This document shows, piece by piece, positions 27,277 to 41,100 of a DNA stretch of 64,000 nucleotides. Positions within the stretch are counted from its first letter, which is position 1; every line of letters starts with the position of its first letter. Position numbers and translations under genes: made by a program. The stretch spans positions 121,706,001 through 121,770,000 of the forward strand of contig OX597817.1 in NCBI GenBank assembly GCA_951406725.2. Reading direction: 5' to 3'. This DNA comes from Octopus vulgaris. Its lineage: Eukaryota. Under the pieces are notes generated by a model. That model had not been told where the DNA came from. It ran no database searches and saw only the letters and a list, made by a program, of their open reading frames with translations.

Positions 27277-27832
27277 CGAGGGTGAGTGTAAAAGTAATGC
27301 AATTTTGTTTAGAACAGTTATGATTACCAACACAGGAACATGTATCATACATCAAAATGAAGCTGGTCCTCTGTGGATCACATCCCTACTTCTCAAAATA
27401 GTTACCGTTTCTCTCAATAGCAATATTTCACCTTCGAATGGGAGCATGTATCCCTGCCCTGTAAAATTCTGTTGACTGTTCTTTGAGCCTCGTCTTCACT
27501 ACAGTTTTACCTTCCTCGTCACTGGAATAATGTTTGCCTCCCAAACCCTCTTTCATGGCGCCCAAGAGTTGATAGTCTTAAGGCGCTCAATCTGGTGTGT
27601 GTGGAGGTAGTGAAGAAATGGCGCAAAGAACAGTCAACAGAATTTTACGGGGCAGGGATACATACTTTCATTCGAAGGTGGAACATTGCTATTGAGAGAA
27701 ACGGTGACTACGTTGAGAAGTAGGGGTGTGATCCACAGAGAACCAGCTTTATTTTGATGCATGATACACGTTGCTGTATTGGTAATTATAACTGTCCTAA
27801 ACAAAAAGGCAGTACTTTTTCACTCACCCTCT
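27277..27832. mobile_element. Mariner-derived fold-back MITE (~556 bp) made of two inverted 3' ends
   Basis: TA|cgagggtgagtgtaaaagtaatgc ... gcagtactttttcactcaccctc; arms 27277-27502 and 27607-27832 are inverted copies. The right arm reads VVKKWRKEQSTEFYGAGIHTFIRRWNIAIERNGDYVEK*; the left arm plus spacer reads (minus strand) HTPD*AP*DYQLLGAMKEGLGGKHYSSDEE...NGNYFEK*, the mariner YSPDLAPSD C-terminus. Confidence 0.9.
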
Positions 27833-28455
27833 TTGCATTTAGTAACGTGTTACTGAAAACTGGAAATTTGACTGAATAACATAATTCACAAGGAGAGCTG
27901 TGGTGGAAACAACATCATGATACAGTGCTTGGGTATTTCATAATTTGAAAATAATTTCTTTCATGTTGCAGGTGTGGAATAGAAAGATCTAACAGTTTCT
28001 TGAAATCACTAAACGTAAGTTTCAATACCTATAAGCTTCCAATACAACTGAGGGAAATTGATCCCATAATGCTACCGGTTACTGCACTACTCAGTTCCGT
28101 AAAGAAAACTTTCAAATCTTATTTCTTAAAATGAATATGACAATGTTCTTCTGTCAAATAAAAAAGAAATGAAATAATTCTGGTACATTTATAGCATCTA
28201 TAAGAAGAAATTATTTTTTTATATTTAGGACTACAGTGCTACCCAGGCAACTCACAAAACAGGAACTTACTCTTAAATAAAGTAATCTAAGAAAAGGAAC
28301 CGCAAATCAATCTCTAAAGAAAGGGCGTTCTATCTTACCACAACAAGCAAGAGGAGCGGGTTTCGAATCTCGTACATGGATATTTGATGTATTCTAGTTA
28401 AAATTTGTATTTTAAAATGTACGACTCTCGCAATTGTAGCATATCTTTGCATAAC

Positions 28456-28611
28456 TATATATATATATATATATATATATAGAAAAAAGTCAAGATAGAA
28501 AATGCTATTTTAGCATTTTCTATCTTGACTGTTTTCTCCATATATATCAACTCGTGTGTTCCTTTTCATCCTTACACACACACACACACACACACGCACA
28601 CACACACACAT

Positions 28612-28647
<36 letters not shown>

Positions 28648-28668
28648 GCATATATATATATATATATA
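28456..28668. repeat. (TA)n and (CA)n(TA)n microsatellites
   Basis: Directly visible. Confidence 0.9.
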
Positions 28669-31600
28669 TTGCTGCAGCTGAATAAGCACCAAAGGAGCAT
28701 AATATAAAATAGTTCTGTTTTGGTGAGTGATTGAAATTCAGTTGTTGAACACTTACGTTTTAGTTTATTGGAAACCAATTCGGCAAACTCACTGGACTTT
28801 CTATTTGATACATTTTAATCTAAACTGATTAGCAGCGAGATTAACTATATGCAATACATGCATTGTCCCTCATGAAAACAAATTATATTATCGTGTCGCC
28901 GCTTTGAGAATGATTTTACTATAATGTCAGATTTAAAATGGTATAATGATAAATATGACTTTCAATCTAAGCAAGGGGGGGGAAATTACAAAGACAGATA
29001 CGGAGATATGAATGTTATGCCGAATATTTTTTAACAAAATAAATACCAGAGAATGTAAAAAAGAACCACTTGGGAAACAAAGCGTCATTCCCTGTCGCCA
29101 GACAAACTGTCGTTTCGATAACTAATATCCTCCACATTTGCGACACAAACTAAACTGCTGTTAAATTCATTTTAGTTCGATAATTTTTATCCAGTTCATT
29201 GAATCATGAATGATTTCATCTAGTCACATGCTATTCGAAGCTAACATTCAATTTTATATTGTCTTTTGTTTTTGTTATTTAATTTTCATTTACGTGGTGA
29301 TATGTTCTTCAAAGAATGTTGCTGCTTGTTCTATTCTAACTATGCAACAATTACAAAATAGAATTGTATATATTTGAATTGATTCGATTCTGGGCTTTTG
29401 TAGAACGTAAAACGAACGCCTCTGTCATACAAGAATTTGAAATAATCAATTATACCTTCTAAGTTGTGATTCAATATAGATTCTTTTACAAAATTTTCAT
29501 TCATTATCTATATTCGAGATTTGAAAGTTAACCAAACTAGCGCTTGTTATGCGAGAGTAATTACTCAGATTTAATCATGGATGTCAGACAGTTAGGTTCT
29601 CGAACATGTCTATGTACAGAGGCCTTAATTTATGCTGTCTATAAACGTAATAGTATATTAGCAAAATGACCGTTGTAGAAAAAAATATCTGTTTTTACTT
29701 TCTGGTTTTCATAAAAACTATATTACGTAAAATGCAAAACAATCTATCTCTACTCGGGAAAATAGATAAAACAGGAATAATTCCTTATGGTATCAGAGTT
29801 TTCTTAGACACATAAGTTCTGCTTTGTTCTGGTTACTCTCTGACGCAGATCGTATAATATGGACATGGAATCAAGAAAATATGTAGATAGTATATTATTG
29901 ATCAATCAAACAGTTTTAAAATTGAAATAAATATTTGCTTTCAGAATAAATATAAACGTTACAAATGATAGCGGAAATATTTTAACTGTGAAATCACAAG
30001 CTGATTAATTTCACCTTATCTCTGATTTTTATGTACGAGCGAATGTACGGAATAAAGTTACGCTGGGTCGTATTATACAAGGTTTTGTAAATATATTACA
30101 CAAATCAATGTTATAAAATTTGTGTTCTTGAGAGATACACTACTTGAACAGGAATCACTGTTTCTGTTGTCGCAAAACATTTGAAAAACAGTGAAAAAAG
30201 TATTTCAGCTCTTTTATAAGTTGATTTATCTTTATCAAGAAAGGTTAGATTTGAAAACACTGTAATACCGGCTATACTTAAATATAGAATATAAGAAAAT
30301 TGTGTCTCTCTGTAAACTAAATGTAACGTATCAGTTATGCTTCAATGCACACATAATGTAAGGAAATATTTCATTTTCACGTCGAATATGCAAGATAAAA
30401 TTATTTTCGTTAAATACAACACTGTAGTTAAGAAGTTAGAATTACAACCGTACGAATCCAGTTTCGGTTAGTAAAGCGAAATGGTTGGTATATATCTTCT
30501 GCTATGGTCGCGGTTAAACTAGGGACTCCTAAGTGAATGAGGAGAGTTGAAAACTATGGCGGTTGGACGGGGGGGGGGGGACATATCTGTTTTTGTCTTA
30601 ACAACATCACTTCGCTTCTACCGTCCTTTAGAAGATCTCTTTGCTGCATACGTTTGCATCAGTTTCCATTAATCATGTGTCCTGAATCCGACCTACTTAT
30701 AACTACAGGACTCAAAGCCTCTACAAAATGGCGCGAGTTCTGCGCTTCTTCGTTGCAGAGCTATCACACATTTCCCTCTTATAACAGAGATCCATGAAGA
30801 AAAGTCCATAAACATACGAAGTATGACGAGTATAATCATATAGCCTATGCTTTAATTAAAGATATGTACGCATCCAAACATGTACACAGGCATATATACA
30901 CACGGATATACACACACGCACATACACACATTACCCGGAAACAATGGAAATGTACACATACCATAGCAGTAAAGCGCAAGCTTAATCTTATACCACATAT
31001 AATAGACTTCTTTCAGAAATTTGATAAACTTACTATGTTTTTCTTTGATTTTGTTCATGATATACACATGCAAACCTTATTAGTGTATGAGTGATTGTGT
31101 GTGTGACGCCGTGTGTGCTAGAATGTAGATCTTATATTAATTTGGTGTCTTACTGAAAATTTTAAGGAACAACATATTTATAATGTACACCAGATTATTA
31201 AGCTATAGTGAAATGCGTTAATTTTTGTACATTTGTTGGAGAGTAACATGTTCAATTAATCAATATTTACAATACAATAATGTGGAGTCACAAATGTTTT
31301 TAGCTGTGAATAATTTATGCAACATACGATTCTTTGAGTTATGATATAACGTAATTCTATGATGTTAACATACCCAGCCAAAGGAAAAGTAAGTTTATAT
31401 ATACGTATATATCGTACATCGTTACGTTGCCATACTCTGATGAGCAATCGATATTTGTAATTCGATTCATTCGATTGCTTCCGTCGAAGTGTCGTACTAT
31501 GCGCAATGATAAACTGTAAATGAAATATCACCTCAAGCAGTAACCACGTTTTGAAAAAAATGATAAAATTAAGTTCGGATATCTATTAAAATATTGAAAA

Positions 31601-33350
31601 ACTGTTAATACGTTATGAAGAATGTCTTGAAGGCTTATATTTCACACTGAATTTCTTTTAAATATATTTCCATATTATTGATTAAATTTTCTTAGGTAGT
31701 TTTTTCAAAATATGATCTTACGTAGTGGAGACCTAATTTAAGTATAAATACAATTTTTAATATATTTTAGTGCAGAATGGTTGGTTGACTTCTTTAATTT
31801 ACATCGAAGTTTTCTTAGTTTATCCTTTCATATATATTTAGTAATTACTTTTCATAATTCTTGTTATAAGTGAATATATTTTTTCATCTAAGCAAATTTG
31901 CCTTAGCACAATATACGTGAGGTTGGCTATATCTGACAAAGTATTTACTTCGTATATTTATAACGGAAGGCAGAAACACAAAACATGTTTAAAGTAAAGC
32001 GAGACAGCTTTAAATGGATATTGAAATCCGGTTGTACCGTACCTTATTGGTTGTTTCCATATTACTCTATATTACACAACATAACTGAAGTCATGTTATA
32101 TACTGTTTTTGAGTTGGTAAGTTACGGTGTGAAAAAAGCAGATTCAAGAAGCGGTTCGACAGCCCATTTACGTCAGTTGGATAACTTTGTAAGAAATACC
32201 TTGATTTAACACTAAAATATTCTTAATTAACTGTGTCTCAAACTATAGGGAATGCATTAAAAACATTAGGCTACAAACATAGAATGACATAATCCCTCGA
32301 AATAATTTGTATGGACTATGAGAGCAAGACATTTAAATAAAATTTACGACACATATGAGAATGACAAGATCTCAACTGCCTTCCGAATAGTTTTTGTTTA
32401 TATATATCAATAACATAGCAACGTACGAAAAAGTAGTTTTTGATTTTCTTCTAAATTAGGCACAATGGGTATTAACTTGGGGAAATATATACTTGGGCCT
32501 ATTGCATGCACGTAAGTTTTGTACTGATTTTACTTATTTATTCTAAAATAAAAATATGAAAGTTTTAACAAAGCCTACAATAATCTGAAGCGTGAAAATG
32601 GGAAGAAAAGAAAGAATTAAATTTTATATGTAAGTTACTTGGATGTTTTACTCTTTTTATAATTGCGTCTACTCTTGCACAAAAGTCACAACAATTCTTG
32701 AGAGATTATCTAAGAATTGAATACAACATTATGTTCAGTAACTAAAGAATCAGCAACAATATGGTCGTGAATGGAAAATGAGTGCATCTATATTTAAATT
32801 AATTAGCGATTTTGCTTATCTTTGTTTCAATAAGCATTATTTCTTATTCTATGTACTTCCACTTCCTATAGAATATTCTGAAATATTTACGGTGCGTGAT
32901 GTTATCTTCAATATGGACGTCAACAGTTATGCAGCTGTTTGCAAGAAAACTTAAATATTAGATTGATGAAAGTATTATCGGCACAGCATAATCTATGTCG
33001 ATTAGGTTTCTTCAGATTTGATCAATAAAGGGTTTGGATAACTCATTTTACAGTAAAATTTATATAAGAAATGCTTATACATATATTTTTGTTTTTGTGC
33101 CTTGTTTTCCTCCCAATCACACAATTATTAATACAGGTTAGTTTCTGTATTTATTCCACTTTCATCATTTTCGAGGTTTCTGTTGTTATCACAGCATTGT
33201 GAATATTGCTTTGAGAAAAAGAAATGAATACTTCAAAACTGTTGCTGTTTGTTAATACGGTTGGTTGTTTGGTGACTAACAAACATAGATGGCAACAAAA
33301 TCATTTGTATCATTCAAACAGAATGTTGCTTAGTATTACTAATATAGCTT

Positions 33351-33353
33351 TAC

Positions 33354-33410
<57 letters not shown>

Positions 33411-33933
33411 CATTATTATTGTTGTTGTTGTTGTTGTTGTTATCATTATCATTATTATTACCTTTGAATCTGGTGTATGTAATTTCCTACCAAACTACTA
33501 ATAAGCGAATATAAGAATAGCAACTTCGTTATATTTTTATAGAACATTACCTTAGGAGGCATAAGACTATGATGGATATGATGTGATGAAAGAGTATAAT
33601 GAAGCAGAAAATGGCAAAGAATGTTACAGCATTATATAATGGAAAATAAGTATTCACGCCAACTAACTCGTCTAATAATAATATCTCGTGAACTAAACAT
33701 TGCTGAGACTAACAATGAAATCAATAAGAAATTTCGATTTCCCTCTTTAATCGGTTTCTTAATAAATGACTTAGAATAAAGGAAGAATGTATGGCCGGCA
33801 GAAATCAATAAACCATGTAGAATAGGAATTTCAGCAAAGCAAATCCGAAGAAACTGGTAGAAAACTCGTTTTATTGAATGGATCAAAATGAAATGAAGAA
33901 CATATCCAATATAAATGGATAAATGAAGCATGG

Positions 33934-33971
<38 letters not shown>

Positions 33972-34299
33972 CAGAGAGAGATACATTTACATGCACATAT
34001 ATACGTATACATACACACAAAAATACACATACACGCAAACTCACACATATATAAATATACATAAATGCATATGTGTGTATATATATGTATGTGCGTGTAT
34101 GTGTGTATGAGTGGGAGAGAGAGAGAGAGTGTGTGTGAGATCAAGTGTGTGTATAATACTTATGTGATTCTATAGACTATATACGCATGTATACTTTTGC
34201 ATGTGAAAGTATACTGAATGTTAAACAGAATTTTAAATACTATGTGTGTGTGCGTGCGTGTGTCTATGTACATGTATATATATATATATATTCATTTAT

Positions 34300-34349
<50 letters not shown>

Positions 34350-34528
34350 AGATAGATAGATATGCATGTGTATATATATGTCTGTGTATATATGTATGTA
34401 TAAATATATAGATATATATATGTATATATTTGCATGCATACATACATACACACATACATACATACACGCACATACATACATACATATATACATGCACACA
34501 TACATACATACATATATATATATGTATA

Positions 34529-34574
<46 letters not shown>

Positions 34575-34580
34575 TACCGT
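33351..34580. repeat. (TTA)n/(TTG)n (33351-33460) and extended (TA)n/(CATA)n/(GA)n tracts (33934-34580)
   Basis: Directly visible. Confidence 0.9.
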
Positions 34581-35092
34581 GTTGTATGGTCCATGTTGAC
34601 CTGGACGTTCAGCTATACTTCAAACTACTGATGTCAGTATCACGTCACATGGGGTATGATAGTTTGCCGTGATCAACCATGCACAACTGCGTGCATTATT
34701 TGAACTGACCATTATTAGACTCTATAGTGCCTCTCCAGCCATTTTTCGTTTTTTCTATACGGTGTACATTATGAATAAACTCGGGATCATTTCCAAACAA
34801 CAGAAGCATAAAGGAAAACTATACCACCCAGAAACAGAGAGAATAAAAGCAAATGGAATGCACAAAGTGAAAGAGGAGGATGGAGGGAAGTCGGTGGGAT
34901 GTCGTGAGATCCTCCGACTGGGAATGATTTGAGTATGCTACTGAGGTCATCGTTACACAGATGAGCCAAGAAAACAGAATACTAAACCAAGGAAGACGGT
35001 GTGTACCAGTGAATACGTTGATGCCCGGATTACTCTGAGACTAAGTATAGTAAATTCAATGATATAATTTATAATAAAATGCGTATAAATCA

Positions 35093-35193
35093 AGATTATT
35101 CCACAGGGAATAAAAATGATGTAAAACAATGCAATCATCTCGTCAGGGAAAAAGGAACAAAACACCTCAATAAGCCATTTTAACCGAACGTGA
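35093..35193 (-). repeat. Inverted partial copy of the PLE pseudo-LTR
   Basis: Reverse complement of 36581-36681, 99/101 identical. Confidence 0.95.
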
Positions 35194-35428
35194 GCAACAT
35201 GAGGTCATCTTCTTGTCTGTCCTTCTTTATGAATTCATGATGTTATAGCATAATCAAAGAAATATGAGACGCGCAGAGATGATGACGATGTTCTAAAGAT
35301 GTACAGGCACAGACTATGTAGTATGAACATGTTTTTTCCTGAATAACAACCATGTGCGTGCATCCGTGTGTATGTGTGTGTGAGTGTATCTTTGTGTCTG
35401 TGTTTGCCCTCTCCCACCGCTTGACAGC

Positions 35429-35501
<73 letters not shown>

Positions 35502-35639
35502 TTTTCAATGTGTACGAATAACAAGAAAAAATAGTTACCACAGTAGCATAAAATTCACATAAATGCCAAATACATTACAACCTACTTATAAGGTAATGTC
35601 ACGGGAAATGTTTTTGGATAACATGAATAAATTAAGAGC

Positions 35640-36780
35640 GGAGGTTCTAGTGCCGCCTGACTGCTCCCGTGCCAGATAAGCAGATCAAATCCAACTTCCT
35701 TTATCAGTTTCATGACGCTACAGACAAATAATTTTCCAAAACATTCCAGATACACTTCCATTATCAATTCACACCGAATTGATAAACCTTTCACAAATCA
35801 TTTCTTCACATAACCATAAGTTATTAAATACAAATCCATTTAATGAAAATAATAACAGTGATAATATTAACGCTAACCATCCTTTGAACAATAATAACAA
35901 CAATATTAATATTTCTAATATAAATTCAAATGGAATTCGTTTCCTTTGCAGTAATTCTAAAACTAGAAACCCTGTTTATCAATGTAAAATTACTTCCGGT
36001 TCTGATGTCTTTTTTTTTTATACAGGTAGCTCTTCACCCCAGTTGTTGAAAAGGATATCTAACCATTATTCTACATTTCGACATACCAAGAAACGCAACA
36101 ATGCTGAGCTTAGTAACTTAATTTGGTCTCTAAAGGAACATAATAAACAATACATTTTGGAATGGAAAATTTTATCTTGATTCTTCCCATATGACAAAGG
36201 CAGATCGTTTTGTCCCGCTCTGTAACTAAGAGCTAAGTTTCATCCGTTTCTCGAGAAATACTCTTGTAAACGTGTTTAAAGAACGCGTTTATCGTTGTAA
36301 ACATTGGCAAAAACATAACTTTAGTTCCTATAAGTAATTTCTACCAATCTATAAAATTCGACCTTTGACTGTCTTCTTACATTTCATTTCCACTACATGC
36401 TTTTAAACTTTATTCCCATTCATCTATGGCATTATATATTTCCACCCTTAATTTTCTGTTAATTTCTTTCTCATCCTTCTCATTCTCTAACTCAACTTTG
36501 ACGTTAAATCTATTAACAGTATTTTTAAAAGAATAACTTGCTAGCGTTCTCCTAGCATCATATACTTACGTACGCAGTAATCAAGTTCGGTTAAAATGGC
36601 TTATTGAGGTGTTTTGTTCCTTTTTCCCTGACGAGATGATTGCATTGTTTTACATCATTTTTATTCCCTCTGGAATAATCTCAATGCTTTTTTCGAAACG
36701 TATGCTGGACGTATAAATGATTTGAATAACACCTGTGTTTGACACTATCTCTTAATATATGTGTTTCTTAATAGATATGC
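35640..36780 (+). mobile_element. 5'-truncated Penelope-like element (Naiad-like C-terminal GIY-YIG endonuclease) with 3' pseudo-LTR
   Basis: FPKHSRYTSIIN...NLSQIISSHNHKLL linker, then VYQCKI...FYTGSS...KRISNHYSTF...ELSNLIWSLK...LEWKILS*FFPY...C-x-x-C (frameshifted)...RCKH, a GIY-YIG layout typical of Naiad-type PLEs; pyrimidine-rich 3' region ends in a hammerhead motif. Confidence 0.8.
36607..36734 (+). ncRNA. Type I hammerhead ribozyme motif (degenerate) in the PLE pseudo-LTR
   Basis: CUGACGA 36628-34; stem II in register (G36635-C36694 ... GCAUUG/CAAUGC); GAAA 36695-98; stem III ACGU/ACGU with a 7-nt loop; GUA triplet ending 36713; distal stem I AGGUGUU/AACACCU; proximal stem I mismatched. 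Confidence 0.65.
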
Positions 36781-37611
36781 TTCAACACGCTTATCTTTGT
36801 ACTATATTTCTAAAGTATAGTGTAGTGCCTTTTTAAAATCTAGTATATATGACAACTTAGTGCGTAAATCATACAGAATAACTGTGGAAGATTTTTTTGA
36901 GGTTCTCAGAACTTTCAGATAGTCTTAAAACTTTGTAGAAATTTATATTTGCGACGTGAAATTAGATTAAAAAAATATAATGTATCAAATAAGATAATGG
37001 CATTTCATGTATTTCCTTCAGACTACAGGTTTTATTCACTAACAATTACAATAATATCTAACGACTCGGATTCTCCTCTAGTATTGAACATTATTTCCCC
37101 CGCCACGTCAGCTAACGCTTCTTGTGTTATCAAACCTAAGAAAATTATTTTGTCGGATTAAAATTCATAATGGTGTCACTTAAACTTGAATTAATAAAGA
37201 TACAATGTAACTCTGATGATTTAAGAAATATTTACAATCGAGTTGCACGCTGTCTATACTTTACACCTGCAGTGCCGAAATTCTGAAGCTAAATAACACA
37301 TTCTTAACAACGGTGATACGACAAAAGGAAAATCAAAAAGTTATGTTTTGTGTGACAGGATGTATTATTATGAATATAAATTTTATAATACATGACCATA
37401 AATTTCTTTGCTAAACTCTGAAATAATGGTATTCGTAAAATATCATTCAGTAAGAAATATTAATGTACCAATGCATACTTATGTGCGTGCACATATACAG
37501 ACAGACATACATATCTTTTATCTTTTACTTCAGTCACACGAATACGACCATGGTGTGGGACAAACACAATATCACACACAGTCCACACTCACACACAATA
37601 AGAATATGACG

Positions 37612-37613
<2 letters not shown>

Positions 37614-37704
<91 letters not shown>

Positions 37705-37745
37705 GAATATACATATATTTATATGAATATACATGTATATACACA
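37614..37745. repeat. (CT)n(TA)n microsatellite
   Basis: Directly visible. Confidence 0.95.
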
Positions 37746-37994
37746 TAATTGTATATGCGTTTGAAGTATTTTGTATCTTCTATATATGGTAACAGCAAAG
37801 CCTAATGGAAGTTTGTTATGACAAGTATGAAAGTCTACATTTAATATATTACCGTGATTTTTATCATCGAATATCGACAGATGAAATGTGAAATGTGCCC
37901 TGCTTAGTTTTGAACTTGATAGACAAAAGCACTAATCTAAATGTGTAGCATTGAAACGTGAGCTTTGTTTTCTCGAACGTCAATTGATATTGAT

Positions 37995-38190
37995 TCGTAA
38001 TGTAGGCACAAGACGTCAAATTTAGGGAGGTGTAGAGCTAATTATATCGATCCCTGTACTCAACTGGTTGCTTATTTTATCGATTTAAAAACAAAATTGC
38101 ATCAAAGTTGACCTCGGTGAGATCTGAGCTTAAATAGCAAATTTATTCAACTGAATATCACAGAGCACTGTAACGATTCTGCTAATGTAC
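37995..38190 (-). mobile_element. Degenerate family A SINE
   Basis: aatgtaggcacaag...atcgatccctgtactcaactggttgcttattttatcga...aaagttgacctcggtgagatctgagc...taacgattctgcta. Confidence 0.65.
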
Positions 38191-41100
38191 CTTACTCAAG
38201 TAGCAATTATCTTGCATTGGTTTCATAAAATATACTTCCTTTACCTTAATAAAATACGCTTCGAACATGTATACATTATTTCATTAGTTTAATTTCATAT
38301 GGAAATAACTTTTCTCAACTTCGAAAGGGATCAAATCTTAAAATAACTTGATAGCGAGTACGAACCACTTTTATGATGAAGAAAATGTTTACTTCTTAAA
38401 TATTACTGAGTAGATTGTCTTTCGCAGGAGAGTAATTCTTATTCTGTGGTACACAGTATTTGAGGTGGGGTGGGGGTGTACTGTCAGCATTATAAAATGT
38501 TCTGATTATTGTTTTGCTCTGAAGGAATAACAGAAATTATTGTGTGTGATAAATAATTTTGTCTGTATTTAATTTAGTGTATATCTACGAATTTTTTTGT
38601 TTTGAAGTTAGATAGACATCGAAAATGGAATATTTTATATACTACAACTGTATAGCAATGCGTAGAGTGTAGACTAGTATGTTATATCCTAAAAAATATT
38701 TCAGTGAATGAAATTGAACTGGAATTTACGTGTAAATAAAACCATTTGTTTGAAATGGAAATGATATTTTGAATTTTGTACACTAAAATAAACACTGTCT
38801 TTCAATAAGGGCTAACTTTACTGTTTATCACACAGTTACATTTACAGTCTTGACAGATTTTTCTGATTCATGGGAAAATCGGGAACAAGCATGGTGCGAT
38901 TTGTACTCGAACTTGAAGTCTACTTCAATTCTTTTTACGTTAAAGCAATTGACAAATTTATTTCTTTTGCTTATATTGAGTAAACCATGTTTTGTGACCA
39001 TAACAATAAGCTAATATTGCAACATATCATGATCAATTCACACAGATGTTACATTCACCTAAGACATTGCAGCATGAAACATAAAATATTGGGATTTGAG
39101 TTAACGTGAATGACTTGGGGGTATAATATTTATTCTCTCGGAATGAAAATAGTAATGTGACAGAGGCACTGAGGAACAAAAGGAAAATAACTGGATTTGT
39201 TAAAGAACTATAATTTCTTGGGAAAAAGATAAGAGGAAAACAAAACAGGAGGCAGAATATGAATAAAGGGGAATTTATCTAAGCAGTGTCTAGGATATAT
39301 TTTATACAAAACAATTCCGTACCTGTATATTAAAAAAAAAGTATTTATTTTAGATGCCAGTATATATTTGCATCACTTTGCATATATTTCAGAGAGATCA
39401 TGTTCTGGATTGAGTTTATACATCAGTATAAAAACTGTCTTATAAATGAAATACAGCTTTTTTTTTAAGAAACTACTTTCCTGGTTGCAGAGGATCTAAA
39501 GAAACACCTTGTTTCAAATACATGACAGCAGAGGCATATAATATAGCAGAAAGGTAGAAAATGTTCAAGATTTAATCATTAAAGATTATTTTCTGCTTCA
39601 AGAAACTAGTTTCTTGGATCATTTTTTTTTTTCATTTTGTTACTTTAGAGTTTTAAAAAAATGTACGTTTCTAACATTTTCTTTTAAATATCAAGTTCTG
39701 CAAGGAAAGCGGAATCAGTTTTTTTATGCAGTTTGTGTTTCATATTTCCATCACCATCTCAAACAACATGTAGCAGATCGATATATGATCAACAATAAAA
39801 AATCACTTATAACTGATTCACATCTCTAAGCTTCAAGCGTTAAAATCATCGCTAGCTCAAAAGGTTTACAACAGAAGGGTTATAGAGACAGTTATATTAC
39901 TGGTAAATACTTTATCCGTCCACACAATAAAAGAAAGACACACTTTTCTAAAATTATAAACGCATGAATTTTTGTAAATATTTAGGAAAAAAAACAAACT
40001 ATGATGATGGAAAAGCATATACCAGGATGTTTATATATTTAGAAGTAATCTGGTTTTATACTTAGTCATTGACAGAAAGGAAGCGCAGTTAATGTCTTCC
40101 GAGACACGCATGATTCGATGATTGTTGCTGAAGGGAACAGAATCTCACGATATCAAGTTGTGATGTGACAGTAGATCTGACCTAAATAGAGTAGGACCCT
40201 CTAAAGGCACCCATAAATTTTAATGATGATGTTTAACAGGGTGATGATTAACTTCCCTCAAGAATAAATACAGTTGGTGATAAGCGTCTAACAATTTTTT
40301 TACTGACAATTTCGATCGATTCGTGCAGTTGTAACATGCCTAGGACTACTGGATTGCCTAGATATGTGTATAAGGTTTTATTGTTTGATTCAGAAACAAC
40401 GGAATACTAATGACGACCAAGAAAAAAATGAAATACTAATTATATGAAATATATTATGAATGTATCTGTGGACTATTTATGATATATTTTACCTCTATCA
40501 TAAAATCCAATATATTTTCTCTTTTCCACAATCTAAATACTTTAGTTCACTTACTAGTTGTTTCATAAGTAGGTCTGTTAGACAGTCATCATTTTGAAAT
40601 CAGCCTATTTGGATAGGTAAAAAAGAATGTTTGCTCTAATTTATTATATTAATTGCCGTTTAATTGCAGCGACTATAAAGCTAAAACAAAACAAACGGGA
40701 GACTTGCATTGTAATGAAAAGTATATTCTTTAATTACTAATATAAGAAATGGTCAGAAATTTTGCGGGTGTACCACAGTAGCGGTGTCAATGTAGCTGCT
40801 ATTCAAATTGAAACGGCACATTTTAAAGGAAAACTGGACAATTTTGAAAAGTATGAAGCACCTCAAAATTTACATTTTTACAGATACACATTGCGGCAAC
40901 TGTCCTACAATGAAGGTTGCATTGGGGTTTTGTAGATATTAGTAACTGATCCTTTGTGTATATTCTACTATATCAGAAGATAACGACCAATCCTTAGAAC
41001 GCGGCTCGTGGTAATACAAAATTTTTTATATCAACAAACGAATATCATGTTGGGAAAATTGGCATATGTAGAAGGCTTTAGGAGAGAGGGCGAGTTTAAT

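Noticed and set aside
31437-31490. CTGATGA followed by an 8-bp stem (gcaatcga/tcgattgc), hammerhead-like
   Set aside because: The essential GAAA and stem III are missing (ttccgtc follows).
36178-36180. In-frame TGA in the Naiad-like endonuclease as possible selenocysteine (some Naiad PLEs encode selenoproteins)
   Set aside because: It falls in WKILS*FFPY, normally a basic residue rather than a conserved Cys, and the copy has other frameshifts; CGA-to-TGA decay is simpler, and I could not identify a SECIS.
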